Shown here one piece after another: positions 1 to 13,736 of a DNA stretch of 64,000 nt. A program made the position numbers and the translations under genes. Below the pieces are notes generated by a model. The model made no database searches. It was not told the origin of the DNA and saw only the letters and a list, made by a program, of their open reading frames with translations. Each line of letters starts with the position of its first letter. Position 1 is the first letter of the stretch. Source of the stretch: the human T2T-CHM13v2.0 reference genome, Homo sapiens; assembly GCF_009914755.1 (NCBI RefSeq), contig NC_060938.1. One strand, written 5' to 3'.

Positions 1-802
1 TACCCTAGCAAACTGAGATGCACACAGGTGAAATACCCTGCCCCGGCCACACAGAAGTGCGGGGCAGAGCTCAAACCCAGGTTCCCCATCACTACAGCAA
101 AAGCGCCTAACTTCTCTCCGGGTGGCTCCGCCATACCCTCTCCACTCATGGGAGCTTTGGTGCTACTCAGCCCTGCATGCTCCTGGGGGGCTCCCTTCTC
201 CTAAGGTCCAGGTTTCCATCGGTGAAATGGAACCCTGATGGCTCCCTCACAGCACACAAGATGACAAGGACCTGATAAGAAATTGTGAAATCTCTCCTCT
301 CCTCTGTTTTCTTGTCCACCCCCAAATCCACATCTCACTCAAGTCATACATGTCCTGGAAGCCCGGGTTACTCATACCCATCCCCTAGACACAGTGAAGA
401 GCAGTTAGTCGGTGAAAGGAAAACAACAAATGGTAAGTCTAAAGCCAGAGGGGCCAAGTCCAGGCTTGATCATGGAGCTATTGGGTGGCCCCAAGCAAGC
501 CCTTCCCTGAGCGGGCCCACTGTTCTCATCTGTAACATAAGCCCATGGATAAGAACAATCACATGTGTCCCTTTCAGTGTTACCAGCTTAGGGCTCTGAA
601 ATTCAAAAGATGATTTTAAGCCACTGGCTTCCTAATTCAATAGACCAGAGGTATCGATGTGTTCATTCCCTCCTCCTCAAGAAAAGACAGCAGAAAACCT
701 CTCATTGAGCAGCTAGGATGTGCCTGACACATGAAAAATACTCAATTAATATTAGTTTAGTGAACAAAGGAATTCTTTTGTTTCACTGATTTGTGCATTC
801 CC

Positions 803-876
803 TCATGAATGAGTGAATGAATGAATTAGTGAATGAATGAATAAGCAAGTGAATGAATGAATGAGGGAATGAATGC
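803..876. repeat. (TGAA)n low-complexity tract, probably an L2 3' tail
   Basis: Degenerate tgaatgaa/tgagtgaa array, typical of L2 termini. Confidence 0.6.
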
Positions 877-2374
877 AAGTCCTAGGCCCAGAGTTTGGTG
901 CTCTCAGATCCAAGCATTGAGCTCTCATAATTAAGGTGCACTGCCTCTGGCTCGGAAATAAACTAGTCTCGCACCCTGGAGGCATATCTATAAACATCTC
1001 CGCACCTCTGTTTTCCTCTTTGTAAAAAGGACCCATTGAAGCCTACATGAACCAGGTCCTCGTGTGGCTTCAACAAGGTGCCTGGCCTGCAAATAAGAGA
1101 GCCTGGCTGCACTCAACAACCACCCTTATTATTTATTTTATCATAAATAGCTATAATTTAAGGCTGACAGTAGTGAGCACTGTTCGAGGGGGGTAGACAA
1201 AGTGTTGTGGAGGTTGATTGGAAACTGAAACCATCCCTTCTTCCAGTCGGGGGGCGGCATCTGAGCAGAGAGCTGACTTCAAATGGGACCCATAGTGAGG
1301 TGTGGATGTAGGAGAGGGAAGGTTCTAGGGTGGAGAACAGCAGGAAGGACAACAGAGGGAGGAATCCTGGATCGCCTAGGAGAGGGGCTGGTTCATCTAC
1401 CATTCAGTGGAGCATTTGGCAAAGGTGAGTTGAGAACCTACTAGCACAGCTTCCCCACACTGAACAGGTAAGATTTGCTCCTGGCCTCACAGATCTCACG
1501 GTCTACGGGGTGCCTAGACAGCTCTGGCCACCACAAGTGTGCCCCATATTGCAGCAGGGAGTGGCCTGGGAGAAGGAGAAGTTCGCACTGTCGTGGGAAG
1601 TTGACAGCCCAGTCGCAAGGAGCCATGACTCCCAAGTTAGGGAGGTAGAAAGACCTTCCCTTGTTAGCAAGGGGAGCCATGGAGGAGTTTTGACCAGAAA
1701 AGTAGTACAAGTGAAAAACAGCTTCAGAAAGATGAAGTTCACAGCGGTTCAGACAAAACATTTCACACAAGAGAATCCTGAGGAGACAAGGAAGAAGACA
1801 GCTCGAACGGGATTCCAGGTAGAAGGGAAAGGATGACAGAAGGCATGGGCAGGGAAGGGAAGGACAGAAAGATGGTGGTGGTGGAGTGGTGAGAAGGAGG
1901 CCAATGAGGTGAGAGAATGACAGGGGGCTCAGGCACACCAGACCCACAAGGAGCAGCAGGCTGGCAGGGCAGGTGCTGGCCTGAGGTCGGGACACATTGC
2001 ATTTTGAGCTATGGTGGGAAACCCAGGTGTCACTTCCCACCAGCAGTGAAATGTGGGAGAATCGCCCCAGGTAGAGATCAGGGCTGCAGAAGCAGAGTGG
2101 GGTGCCACATGCACCCGGAGCAGGGAGTAGGTGTCATCACTGCCCCTGGGGCAGGAGTCGGGACAGCCCGGGGCTGGCAGCGATGGGGCCTCCCGGAGAT
2201 GCCACCAGGCTGCACTCTGACTTGGGCACTCACCAGCCCTTCAACCTCAAAATTCAAATCTATCTTACAATTAAAATGGGGTTTTTGTTTTTATGTATAT
2301 AAACACTATTTTTGAGACCCTCTGGAGGCCTTGTGGTCTAGTTCCAAGGCCTTCATGATACAGCTTCCCTGTAT

Positions 2375-2592
2375 CATGAATTCTCAGCCTGGGCGATATT
2401 GATGATTTGAACTGGGTCACTCTTTGTGGAGGGCTGCCCTGTGCTTTGTGGCATGTATATAGCAGCATCCCCTGCCTCTCTTCACCTGATGCCAGTGACA
2501 CCTCCTGCCCCTCAATTATGACAACCAGAAACGTCTCCAGACATTACCAAACATCTCCTGGAGGCAACACTTCCCCAGCTGAGAAGCACTGT
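2375..2592 (-). mobile_element. MER20 (hAT-Charlie) DNA transposon
   Basis: Resembles the reverse complement of the MER20 consensus (gcagcatccc...gatgccagt...acaaccagaaacgtctccagacatt...gagaagcactg). Confidence 0.75.
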
Positions 2593-4227
2593 GCTGTCAT
2601 TAAGGACACTTTCACATCTTTCCCAACTTTCTCATCTGACACACTCATGAGATTTCTAAGACATCTTATTAAATAAGAAATAAATATTTCTAAGAAATAT
2701 TAATAATAATAATGGCTAGGGCTTTGTGGTCAGACCCCAAGACAAAGCTGCTCTATTGCCCAGGTCCATAAAGCATCAGGCAAGTAGCTGAAATTCTCCT
2801 CCACCCCAAGGGTGTTCATCTGCAGATTGTGGGGGGAGAGAGAGCAAATGATCCCTTGGAATGAGGGGGATCCCACCCACACAGCTGGCCAAGAAGAGAC
2901 AAGGCCCCTCCTCAGGCCAGGGTCTGGGCCATGAAGCCGCTACCATGTTCTGGCTGGAGTCCCCGGACTCAGTGACTCAGCTGGCAAGGATACTCTTGCT
3001 TACGAAAGAGGGTGGGTTCGGGTGAAGCAACAGTTGGAGCCTGCATAAAAGGCAGAGAGCTGATCTGAGCCTTTTGACTCACTAATGGAGAAGCCCTGAC
3101 TTTCTAGAAATCTCCACATTCACCAGTGACAGTTACGTCATGCATGTGAAGGGGAGGCAAGGGCTTTGGTGCTTCCCTGTCCAGTTTGCCTAAAGACAGC
3201 CAGCAGGGACGGGACGGGAACTAGTGAGTGTTTATGCTATTCACAAGGCTCACCCTGAGAGCTCAGCCCTGGCCCCACGAGGTCTCAGGTGGGTGGCAAC
3301 CCCAGGCCATGGCAGCCCTTCTTGGGAAATGGCTTGGTCAAGGCTATATCGTCCAAGGGCAGGTATTTTTCAGGTGGGTGGGAATGGGTGTGGACAGGAA
3401 GAAGCTGGCCAGCGAGAGAGTCATAGGGTTACAAAATTGGGAGGCGCCTGAGAAATCCTACATTTGCTACAGGCGAAGCTTAGGCCCACAGAGGGCGGAG
3501 GACCAGGGATCCTGGCGAGGCGAGGAAGATCTCATTACGGCACCCGTTTCTCAGATGAGGAAATAGAGACCAGAGAAGCCAAGTTCGTATCCTGAGAGCT
3601 CAGCTAGTCAGCAGCACAGCTGAGATTTGACTTTGAAGCTGATCCCATTTCCCTGAGCATGTTTCCACCTGGCTTGACCAAGGGGCTTGGTTGGAGCCAT
3701 CTCCCCAAGCTCTGAGCTCTGGCAGAGCCTGGTGTCAAATCCTTTTGAACTAAGTCCCACCATGTGTGTGACCCAAGTAATCCCACCTGGCACCTGGACC
3801 CACTTCCACCGGGCAGTACGCGTGGGAAAGAGGCCATTCGATAGCACGACATGGCCAGTGGGTCCAGTCAAGACGTGAGGCACATTAGAGTCATTAAAAA
3901 TCATTAGGATGGTTGAGTTCTGAGGTCAGATAAGCAGGATAAACACACTCCGGAGAAACTAGTTCTCCCTTTTCCTGCAGCTGCTCCCACTCATCCCAGC
4001 CAAGCACTCAGCCAGCCAGACTCCCAGGAACCTGCTGCTGAGCTCCAGGGGCTCATTTAAGATCCAGGGTCCACGGGCAGGTCCCCGCGCTGCCTTGACT
4101 CTTGAGTCACACCTTGCAAAGCCTGTGGGAGATTTGGTTCATTTGGAGTGGGCTTTTACACATGGACGGGATAAAAAGCCCACCCAAAGAAAGGTCCTTG
4201 GGTCATTTTGCCTGGAGACAAGGAAGG

Positions 4228-4405
4228 GACTGAGGTTCAGAGTGGCTGTGTGACTTACCTGAGTGAATACAGCTTGGTAAGTCAGAACGGTCAAAGGCCA
4301 GGACTGTGTGCGTCCACACTTGACCTGCCCACACTGCCCCTGAACACCCTTCAGCCCCGGAACAAGTTTCCTCTCTTGAATTTGGCAATCTGCAAACAGA
4401 CCTTT
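4228..4405 (+). repeat. Local direct duplication, copy 1 (about 178 bp)
   Basis: About 89% identical to 5209-5387 by manual alignment. Confidence 0.9.
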
Positions 4406-4574
4406 GCCCAAGCCTGTATCTCAGGTCTGTTATATACAGATGTAGATGGAGAGATGTACTCTTAAATCACTCTCGGTGCCTCTGTCCATCGATCTGTCAC
4501 CACCACAGGGGCCTCAGCCACAAGGGCAGGGACCTCGTCTTAGCAGGACCAGCTGCTCCCATGGCTCCATGCAC

Positions 4575-4750
4575 CCCGTATTTTACACATATTATCTCTA
4601 ATTCTCACAAACAATCCTGCAACGGAAATATTATTATCCTGATTATACAAATGAGAAAACCGAGGGCTCCAGAGCTGAAATGACTTGCCCCAGGTCACAG
4701 TTAGTAAATTGCAGGGACCTCTTGGACCCGAGTTTCCTCTTTCCCACAGC
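4575..4750 (+). mobile_element. MIR SINE
   Basis: MIR core: attattatcctgattatacaaatgagaaaaccgagggctccagag...tgacttgccccaggtcacag. Confidence 0.75.
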
Positions 4751-5208
4751 TCCAAGCCTCCTCTCCACTTTTTCTGTATAATTGGGAGCAGCCCCGGACC
4801 TCACACATAGGAGGTTTGACTACTTGTTTGCAGAATAAATGAATGAGTGGGTAAATGAGCAAAATGAATTTGAAAACTTAAATTGCTTTACTTGGGTTTT
4901 CAAAGATGAGTCCATCATGAGGCTATCGGGAAGAAAACAGACTGTTGACTAAATAGTCTCCTGGATTTCTGAACTCAGTGAAAACAATTTCTAAATAATT
5001 TTGTGACTTTTGAACCATTCTTAACAAACAACAAAAATATTTTAAAGTTGATTTCTAAGCCAAATTTTCTTTCTTAAGAGATGGGAAACTAATGTTCACT
5101 GAGCAGCTACTATAAGTACACACACCATCCTGGGCGTATCGACACACTTGATCTGGTTCACAGCAACACTGCAAATGGGCGTTAATGCCAGTTATTACCA
5201 GAGGAAAA

Positions 5209-5387
5209 GACCGAGGTTCAGAGTGGCTGTGCAACTTCCCTGAGTGCATACAGCTTGGTGAAGCCAGGAAGGTCAAAGGCCAGGACTGTGAGCATCCACA
5301 CTTGACCTGCCCACACTGCCCGGGAACACCCCTCAGCCCCCAAACAAGCTTTATCTCTTGAATTTGGCAGTCTGCAAACAGACCTTT
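5209..5387 (+). repeat. Local direct duplication, copy 2 (overlaps the end of a MIR at about 5090-5290)
   Basis: About 89% identical to 4228-4405; this copy retains the upstream MIR context. Confidence 0.9.
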
Positions 5388-8300
5388 CTCCAGCGTCAGC
5401 ACTTATCCAGTGGACCTTCCAAATGTGGGCTTGGGACACCAGAGAACACACCTATAGTAAAGTAATAAAGAGAAAGAGCCCAAAAGTCTACAAAGAAGCT
5501 GTTTTGTTTTCAGCATTCGTCATGTTTGGTGTCACTTCAATAAAATAAAAGAGTCTCTTGTAGTTTTAGTGTTGGCTTCATTTGGAATGGCAGGTGGAGG
5601 GTGGGAAGGAGAACCCAGCTTCTTCAGTATGCTGGATCACAATATCCAACCTTGCCTCTCTCCACAATTGGGCCTTCACCCACAGAAAAAAAGTTTCCAG
5701 CAGAAGAAGGAAGTTTGCGTCTGTCAGTTCTTCTGGGGGCTCAGTGGCAAGGCTGCCGGTTCACTCTGCCCTGCTGAAGGGTCTGTCTTTCTTGGATCTG
5801 TGCACAAATGAACAACTGCACTCAACGCCCCATCCTACACCCCACTCCTGCCCCAGGACCTGCAAAGGCAGGCAAAGGAGCCTGGGCATCCCAGCCCCCA
5901 GGGTCTGCCTGCAGCCCGTCAGGGGAGTCCTTGGCAAACAGCCATCCTGACGACTGCTAGAACCTGGCTACTCCCTGCATGTGCAGTGTTGCTGAGCAAA
6001 TTCCCGGCTTTGGAACTGGGCAGACAATCCCCTTGTGTTTTCCCACCTTCCCAGCCTGGCTGCCAGGAGCTGGCCCAGTCTTGGAGATGCTGAATAGGCC
6101 ATTTGTTGTGAGATCAAAGGGACACCTGCGGGAAGCGCCCCACCACCTGGAGCAGGCCCAGGCTGCGTCCTGCCCCATTGCCCGCCACCCCGCCTGCCAG
6201 GTCCCAGGCCTTTTCAAACACCCCACACCTTGGCCCAGGCATTGCTCCACCCCCACCACCTACTCGCATTTCTCTTTCTAACAGCACCTAACCACCTTCC
6301 TCAGATAGCACGCTCTCCAAAGTCTCCCCCTTTTCAAGTTTGCTGTTTCCTCTATTTGGCGCACCCTTCCTTGCCTTCTGCACCCAGATAACGCCCAAGC
6401 ATCAGCCCAGGCAGAAATCCTTCCCTAGCCCCCGTGATTGGTTTAGGGCTCCCGGGGTGTGGAGGCAGCACCACTGTCACTGCTATGTGGGCCTCCAGGT
6501 CATGCTGGCTGGGCTGTGAGCTTCCTGAGGACCCAGGGCTGGCCCCAGAGCACCAGGCACAGTCCTTTCGTGGTTGGCATCAAATGCTGATGGACTGAGC
6601 GGGAGGCAGAGAACACTTCCATTGCTTCTCCTCCAGGACAGAGCAGGTAATAATAGATGAATGGGCATTGTCTCAAAACTCATCTGGAAACAGCTTTGGA
6701 TAGAAAATACCATGACTCAGGCCTCCAGAAGCTTCTGCTCTTACTGCTCCCATGAGTGTGATCCTTTTCAATGCTAACCTGGCCACACCATATACACCCC
6801 ACCTAAAGCAGGATAGGGTCCTCCTACCAGTGCTTTTGGGGTAGAGATGGAATCTTTACTCAGGCCCGGACGCCCATCATTTTGGCATCAAGGCATTTGG
6901 CGTTTGCTACCTTTCTATTCTTTCCCTCTTTCTCACTCCATCCCTGAGTCCACCCAGGATGTCCCTGAGTCAGGGGCCCAGCCAGTCATTTAACAGGTCT
7001 GATCTCACCATGTCACAACAGCCAAGGGCCAGGGTGGGAGAGGATGCCTGGGGGGTTTCCAGTGAGCACCAGGTGGTGTGAGATCCCTGGTGGGTGGGAT
7101 AATGTCCTTCCAGCCTACCTCCTGCCACTCAACTCCCACTCTTACCACGCCACCCAAAATGGCCCCCTCCAGGGCCCCTCCTCAGGCCCTTTGCACCTGC
7201 ACTCTCCCCTCTAGTGATGTCCCTGCCCTACCTGGCCTTCTTACCTTCACATGAGTGGAGACTCCTGGCCTTGCTGACCAGGGAAGACCTCACTCCTAAT
7301 GGCATCTCCAGCACTTACTAGTGATGCTTTGATGAATGGCTAGCTCTTTCACTTACTGAAATGGAAGCTCTTTGGAGCAGGACTTTAACTGTCTGATCCA
7401 TGCTACTGGGCACATACACATGTTTAATCCATGCATGTGTGTGAATGGTCATTTCACAGGGCAGACAGTCTCTGTAAAGTAGGCTCTCAGTGATTCTAGG
7501 AGGCTTTCATGCACTTGATCATCTCCATATCTGTCTGCCTCTTTCACCTGTGACCTCCCAGGGGCACAGGGTATGATTTGTTCACCTGCTCCCCTGGCCC
7601 AGAGCACAAGGCCCATCTCATTGGAGGTGCCCCCAGAGCTTGTATTCCAAACGACTAAAGGAATAGCGGCCACTGTGCCAGAATAGTCCCATGCACCCCC
7701 TGACATAACATCTTTGTCCACTGCCCAGGATGTCCCAGCAGTGGGGCCAGCCCCAGCCTGGCAGACCTGGCTCTTCCTGCCTCATTTCATTTTCCTTTGG
7801 CCCTGCCTCAGCTCTTCCGGTCCCACCTTTCTGAAAATAAAACCACTAACTGTGTTAGAGGTGAACTGTGGCCAGTGGAACCACGGAGCAATGGGACCCA
7901 CTCTCAAACTCGGCAAAATATGCACCTGATTCTTGATGCAAGGGAGCGGCCTGGAGGTGAATCATCTTGCTCCACCCTGTCGCGGCTGGGCTCGCTCCCT
8001 GTAAGATGGAGAAGAACGAACTTGGGAATAAGTCATCCCTTTACCTTTCAAGTCCATCTCAAAGGCCACCTGCTCCTGGAAGTCCTTCTGGGTCCCCTGG
8101 AGAAACTGCTGCTTTCTCTGGGCTCCCCCAGTGCATCACTTACCCGGCTCTTGTCACGTTTGGCAGGATGGCCCAATCGCCCTGTGTCCATGCTTATTCC
8201 TTCAGGCAGGGACTGTGATCTCTTTTTCTTTATGTCCATTCATTTACTCAACAAAGCTGGCCTTTATTCTGTGCCACATCCTGGGCTGGACACTAGGGTC

Positions 8301-8559
8301 ATGGCTGGTGCCCTCCAGCCACTGACAATCCAGTGGGGGTTGGACAATCACCTCCTACCACACAGTGAGATGGGCATCCGATGGTGCAGGCCCCAGCCAT
8401 GGAGGCAGAGAAGCACTAACCCAGCCCAGGGGAGCACGCGCGGGTCAGGAAATGATTCTCAGAGAGAGGAATATATGAGTAGGATTTTCAAGGATGTATA
8501 GGAGTTGGTGGCATCATGAAGGAGAAAGGGCACACATCAAGTTCAGAAATAGTTGCCAA

Positions 8560-8838
8560 GACCGGGCGCAGTGGCTCACGCCTGTAATCCCAGCACTTTG
8601 GGAAGCGGAGGGGGGGGTGGATCACAAAGTCAAGAGTTCAAGACCAGCCTGGCCAATATGGTGAAACCCCGTCACTACTGAAAATACAAAAATTAGCCGG
8701 GCGTGGCGGTGGGCACCTGTAGTCCCAGCTACTAGGGAGGCTGAGGCAGAGAATTGCTTGAACCCAGGAGGGGGAGGTTGCAGTGAACAGAGATTGCGCC
8801 ACTGAACTCCAGCCTGAGTGACAGAGCAAGACTCCATC
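8560..8838 (+). mobile_element. AluS (Sg-like)
   Basis: Full dimeric Alu; imperfect TSD agaaatagttgccaa / agaaaaatttgccaa flanks the Alu plus the GAA tract. Confidence 0.95.
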
Positions 8839-8877
8839 AGAAGAAGAAGAAGAAGAGAGGAAGAGGAAGAGGAAGAA

Positions 8878-8909
<32 letters not shown>

Positions 8910-9112
8910 ACTGAAGAAGAAGAAGAAGAAGAAAGAAGAAAGAAGAAGGAGAAGGAGAAGGAGAAAGAAGAAGGAGAAGGAGAAGAAGAAGAAGAAGAAG
9001 AAGAAGAAGAAGAAGAAGAAGAAGAAGAAGAAGAAGAGGGGGAGGAGGAGGAGGAGGAGGAAGAGGAAGAGGAAGAGGAAGGAGGAGGAGGAGAAGAGAA
9101 GAGAAAAGAAAA
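8839..9112 (+). repeat. Compound (GAA)n/(GAG)n polypurine microsatellite replacing the Alu tail
   Basis: About 275 bp of purines with a single ct interruption (8911-8912); longest pure run about 18 GAA units. Confidence 0.97.
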
Positions 9113-10865
9113 ATTTGCCAAATAGTTCAGTAAGGCTGACTATAAACAGCCTGGGGTGACCCTAGCATACGTGGGGTGCTAAGAAATTTCTTCTTTCTCT
9201 TATTCACATTTCTGGGTCCCAAAGAAGACCCAGGCCAGTGCTCAAGACACAACAAGGTATTAAGACAGCAGATCTCTCTGCTGTCCCAGCCCATTAGATC
9301 ATAAACTTCTGCTTGCCAAGTTCCATATATGTCCACATTCCTGCATACAGCAATTCACACAGACACTAAATATTTGTCTTCACTGACAAATGAACAGCAT
9401 GTGGGATGTGCCAGGTACTTAGGCTAATAGCAGCAATTAGTAGCTTCCCCCTGCCCCATGCCTAGCACTATGCTTAGCTACGTGTGCTTCTCATTGCATT
9501 CCATTCGATACCCACTACAACACAGTGAGACTGGTGTCACTGTCTCTGTTTTGCAGATGTAGAAAGTAGGAGACAAAGACAATTGCCCAAGGGCATGGGT
9601 TGGGATATGAAGCCAGGCCCATCTGACAATGTGACACTAAACTTCCACACTAGTTCCCATTTGACAGGTTAGGCAAACTGAGGCCATACGCCTTGCCCTG
9701 GTGAAGCACAGTTAATCAATCAGTAAAATCCCCAAGGCATGAAAACGTGATTTTACTTGGCAGTGTTTCCAGCTGAAGAGAGAAGGATACAAGCCCATTT
9801 CATCGTTTATAATCCTTTCAAAATGAACCCTCCAGGACCGAGGGGCTGATCAGCACCCCCAACCCTTGCTCAGATTGCTCTGGAGGGCTTGCTGAGCCTG
9901 AGCAGGCCCAGCCGGGGTCTGTCTGCCAAGGTCCTGGCCACCAGGAAGGATCTGGCACCCACACGCCCACTCCCTGTGCAGCCTGCCCTGCCCCACCCTG
10001 TGCTGCAGGAGATGGCCTCCCAGCGAGCTGTGGGTAGCCCTAGAGGTGAGAGTAAAGAAACCGAAGTCGGGCTCCCACCCCTCCCCTTCAGTCTCCTCCA
10101 GGTCTTGGCTTTGTAAGACCACAGGACTGCGGCTCTGCACAGATGCCAGCCTGGGCTCAAACTGTATGAGTCTGGGCAAGCCACTCACCTCCCTGTGCCT
10201 CAGTTTCCATGCCAGTAAGAGGAAAATCCACCAGGACTTTCCTTGGATATGGGAAGGATGAGCCTCCCTCTGCGGGTATCACCTGGCTCGGGGCCAAGGC
10301 GTCTCTCCCTCTCCTCCCCCGTGATCCCTGTTATCCAGTCCTGTCCTTCCTCTGCAAGAGCCTCAGGACTTCTGCCTCCATTCTCCTCTCCACTGGGACC
10401 CAGACCCTCTTAACTTCCCACCTGGACAACACAGTAACCCCAACAGGTCCCCATCTCCAGCGTCTCCCCAGTCCAATCCATATCACTGCAGTCCTCTTCC
10501 CAGAACAAGGCTCTCCTCTCTTCACCCCATCAGTGGATGCTCATGTCCTGTGGAATCAAAGACCCTTCACGTGAGGGACAGGAATCAGCCCTCCCTACCC
10601 TCCTATCTGGTCCAGCCTGGGCCCCTGTCCAATCCAGACCCCAGCTCCTGGCCTTACCCACCCCGACTCTGAACTTGAAAACTCCCTCCACCCAGATCAA
10701 GCGTCATCCCCCAACTCTTGGACCCCAGCCTGCTGCTCCACCAGCCCAAATTCCACGGCCACCCCACCCAGGCCATCTCAAAGGCCACGCGCTCTACAGA
10801 CGTGCTGCCCCTTGGTCACTTGTGAGCACCTGCTATGCTGTGCAACTTGCTGAGCCACAGGAGAC

Positions 10866-10890
10866 CTGCTGTTGCTGCTGCTGCTGCTGC
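10866..10890 (+). repeat. Short interrupted (CTG)n repeat
   Basis: ctgctgttgctgctgctgctgctgc. Confidence 0.8.
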
Positions 10891-13217
10891 TCAGCTCTGT
10901 GGGAAGGAGAGTGAGGTGGGCGGGTATTTCCTCCCCAGCACTCTCTCCCAGGCTCACCACAGGCAGGTGGGCTACATCTCCCCATCCCCAGCTCTCTCTG
11001 CATCCCCATCCCAGGGAGCTCTTCCTCCTGCCTCTACTGCAGGTGCTGAGTCCAGGGCACTGCACTGTCTCTTATCATGACCCTTCTCCCTCCTCACCCC
11101 TTTGCAGATGGCACATCTGCTAAATTCTCCTCAAATGACCCAATTTGAGGGTGTCCTATTTCCTGCCAGGGCCTGACCAATACACTTCCTGTAGCAAAAC
11201 AGCCTCATTAAATGGCCATATCAAGTGGATGCTTCCAAATATCTTGCTTCATTCCGGTAGATAATATCATTTCTCCACCTAGCTCCTGGGGCACCTATCT
11301 CCCCTGGAGAATAATTTTCTAGACATCTGAGAAGTCCTGGGGTGAGCTCAGCTTCTAGAAGCAGGAAGACAAGGCTGGCTGGGCACTGGTGGGGGTGTTG
11401 GAGCCCATACTGCTACAGAGGACAGGAATGTGTCAATGTTCCCAATCCAGTGAATGCCAACCTCTAGAAAATACCTCTGCAGACTCTTTGAGTGGAAGGA
11501 AGTTTGGAAGACAGAGCCCCAAGAGGGACATGGAAGAGTAGGAACGAGGAGGTGAAAATATTCCTGATGCATCCCCAGACAAACAGAAACACTGGAGTGG
11601 ACAGATCACCTATGGGGCTGGACCGGACCCACCTACCTGCCCAGTCAGGACCTTAAAGAAGCAGTAGGAAATGTGAATGTTTGCAAAGCTTCCCAAGGGG
11701 ATTCTGATCAGCAGCCAGGCTTGGTGAGTAAATGACTTAAAATTCCTGAATGCCAATCCTGAGTATCTACAGCCCTATGATCTAATATTAATCAGATTCC
11801 GTGAAGATTGCAAGTTCCAATTCTACTCTAGTCCTTGGAAGCACCCAGAAGGAATTAGACAGGAGTGTGTCATAACCACCCCACACCTCCTCCTTGATAT
11901 TCCCAACCACGCTGCACTCTGAAGAAGCTTGCTCCAAACTCAGACTTTATAAAGATCAAAAGATCCCTGTATTTGGCTTCCAAAGAGGGGCAGACCTCAT
12001 TGCGACACCCAGACCCATCTCCAGTGTGAATTCCACTTACATTTCATGAACCAATAAGTACGTGTCTGAAGTAATATAAATATTTATTGGGGTTGAACAA
12101 GAATCCACAACAATGTGTATCTCTGGGCTTTATCTACATGTCCCTTATAGAGTTATTAAAACACCAAAATATAATTTTAATAATCAGTGGGATTTTAATT
12201 AACACACAGTAATGATTCCCATTCAATGGAACGCCTCAGATTCAGAAAGTAATTACTCACTCACGACACTTAATTTGAAGTGTTGCCACAGATCTGTATC
12301 TCCTGAAGCCACAAGAAGTTAGATCATAATGTTTCTTGTTAGAACTCATAGAGCGAGTTCACTTCAGAGGGAGGATGGAGACCAGATTCCAAGGGAGAAG
12401 GAAGAAAGTGGAAAGAGCTGAAGCCAGTTGGACAGCCTCCAAGGAAGGAAGAGAAGTGTTGTCCCAAGAGGGAGAACTTGGTGGCATGGCCCAGCATGCT
12501 CTCCTGCACCATGCCAAGGTCCCCAGTGTTGGGTACTTCCAGGAATGGAGAGCTCATTACCACAAAAGAAAAGTGTCTGGTGTAACCTTAGAAAGTTAAT
12601 TCTCTCTGAGTCTCTATTTACTCACCGACCCAAAGGAAGGAATGAAACCTGGCCCTCGCTGCTATGAGTAAAAGCTGATTGAGTACTGGTCTCTCCAGAC
12701 ACATGAGGTACTCAGGATTGGCCTGGAAAATGTTCTAGGGCCACAATTCCAGAGGACGTTGGCAGGCTCCAGGGAATGGGGTAGGTAGAGAGAAGTGAAG
12801 GCTAGGCAACCTCCACCCACACAATCATGTTTGGGCACCAGTGAGACTGGCTTCACAGTCCCTGGGCTGCTTCGCACCACCCTTGTTATTCCTACTTCAT
12901 AGGCCGATCCCAGGGGGAGGCCACATTGATACTAAAAGCAGAGCCCTTTAGAAGTTCAAGGCAGGTGTGCAAAGGAGACCTGTACAGTGATGGCCACTGC
13001 TGCAGGCCCTATGGCAGCAGACATGCAAGTCCACCTGCACACCCAGCAATCGGGAAATAGCCTATTGATTTAAATGTGCTACAGCCATCACCAGGAAGAT
13101 GAGGATTTTAGATGAGGTAGATAACATCCCACCGAATCTTTTCCACCTGCACAAAATTCATCCCCATACTGACAGCTCAGAGTGAAGTTCTAGAAAAGCA
13201 CCTTGCTTGCTTCAGAG

Positions 13218-13390
13218 CAGTGGTTCTCAGCCAGGGAGGATTTTGTGCCCCAGGGCACATTTGACCCAATCTCAGTGCTACTGGCATCTAATGGGTAGAC
13301 AGCATGATGCTGCAATGCACAGGACAGCCCCCCACAGCAAAGATTTCTCCCATCCAAAATGCAGGAATGCTGAATTTGAGAAATCCTGTT
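13218..13390 (+). mobile_element. MER20, internally deleted
   Basis: cagtggttctcagcc...tgctactggcatcta...aatgcacaggacagccccccac...tttgagaaatcctg. Confidence 0.75.
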
Positions 13391-13736
13391 CTAGATCTGT
13401 ATGTGGCCCCCGCTTCATTAATGAAAAAGAACAGGTCTGCCAGGCACTGTTCATATGTGATCTCATTTGATCTTTACCTTATGTGAGGTAGGCATTAGCA
13501 TTCCCTATTCTACAAATGAGAAAACTGAGGCTCCTCATGATAAAATAACTTGTCTGTGGTTACATAGAAAGTGGCAGAGCTTGGTTAATTCATCAACTGT
13601 CTGCTGCCCATGATCTTTGTAAGACACCATGCTGTGTCCCCAGATCGATGCTAAGGCATTTCAAAGACTACAGCCCTCTCTCCAAGGTAGAAGCTCTAGC
13701 CCAGTGCATCTTAAAGCCATGTAAACTCTTTGAAAC

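Noticed and set aside
7797-8501. 234-aa ORF
   Set aside because: Non-ATG start, overlaps L2-like sequence, no recognisable domain
8818-9159. Poly-E/K/R and poly-S ORFs
   Set aside because: Translations of the GAA microsatellite
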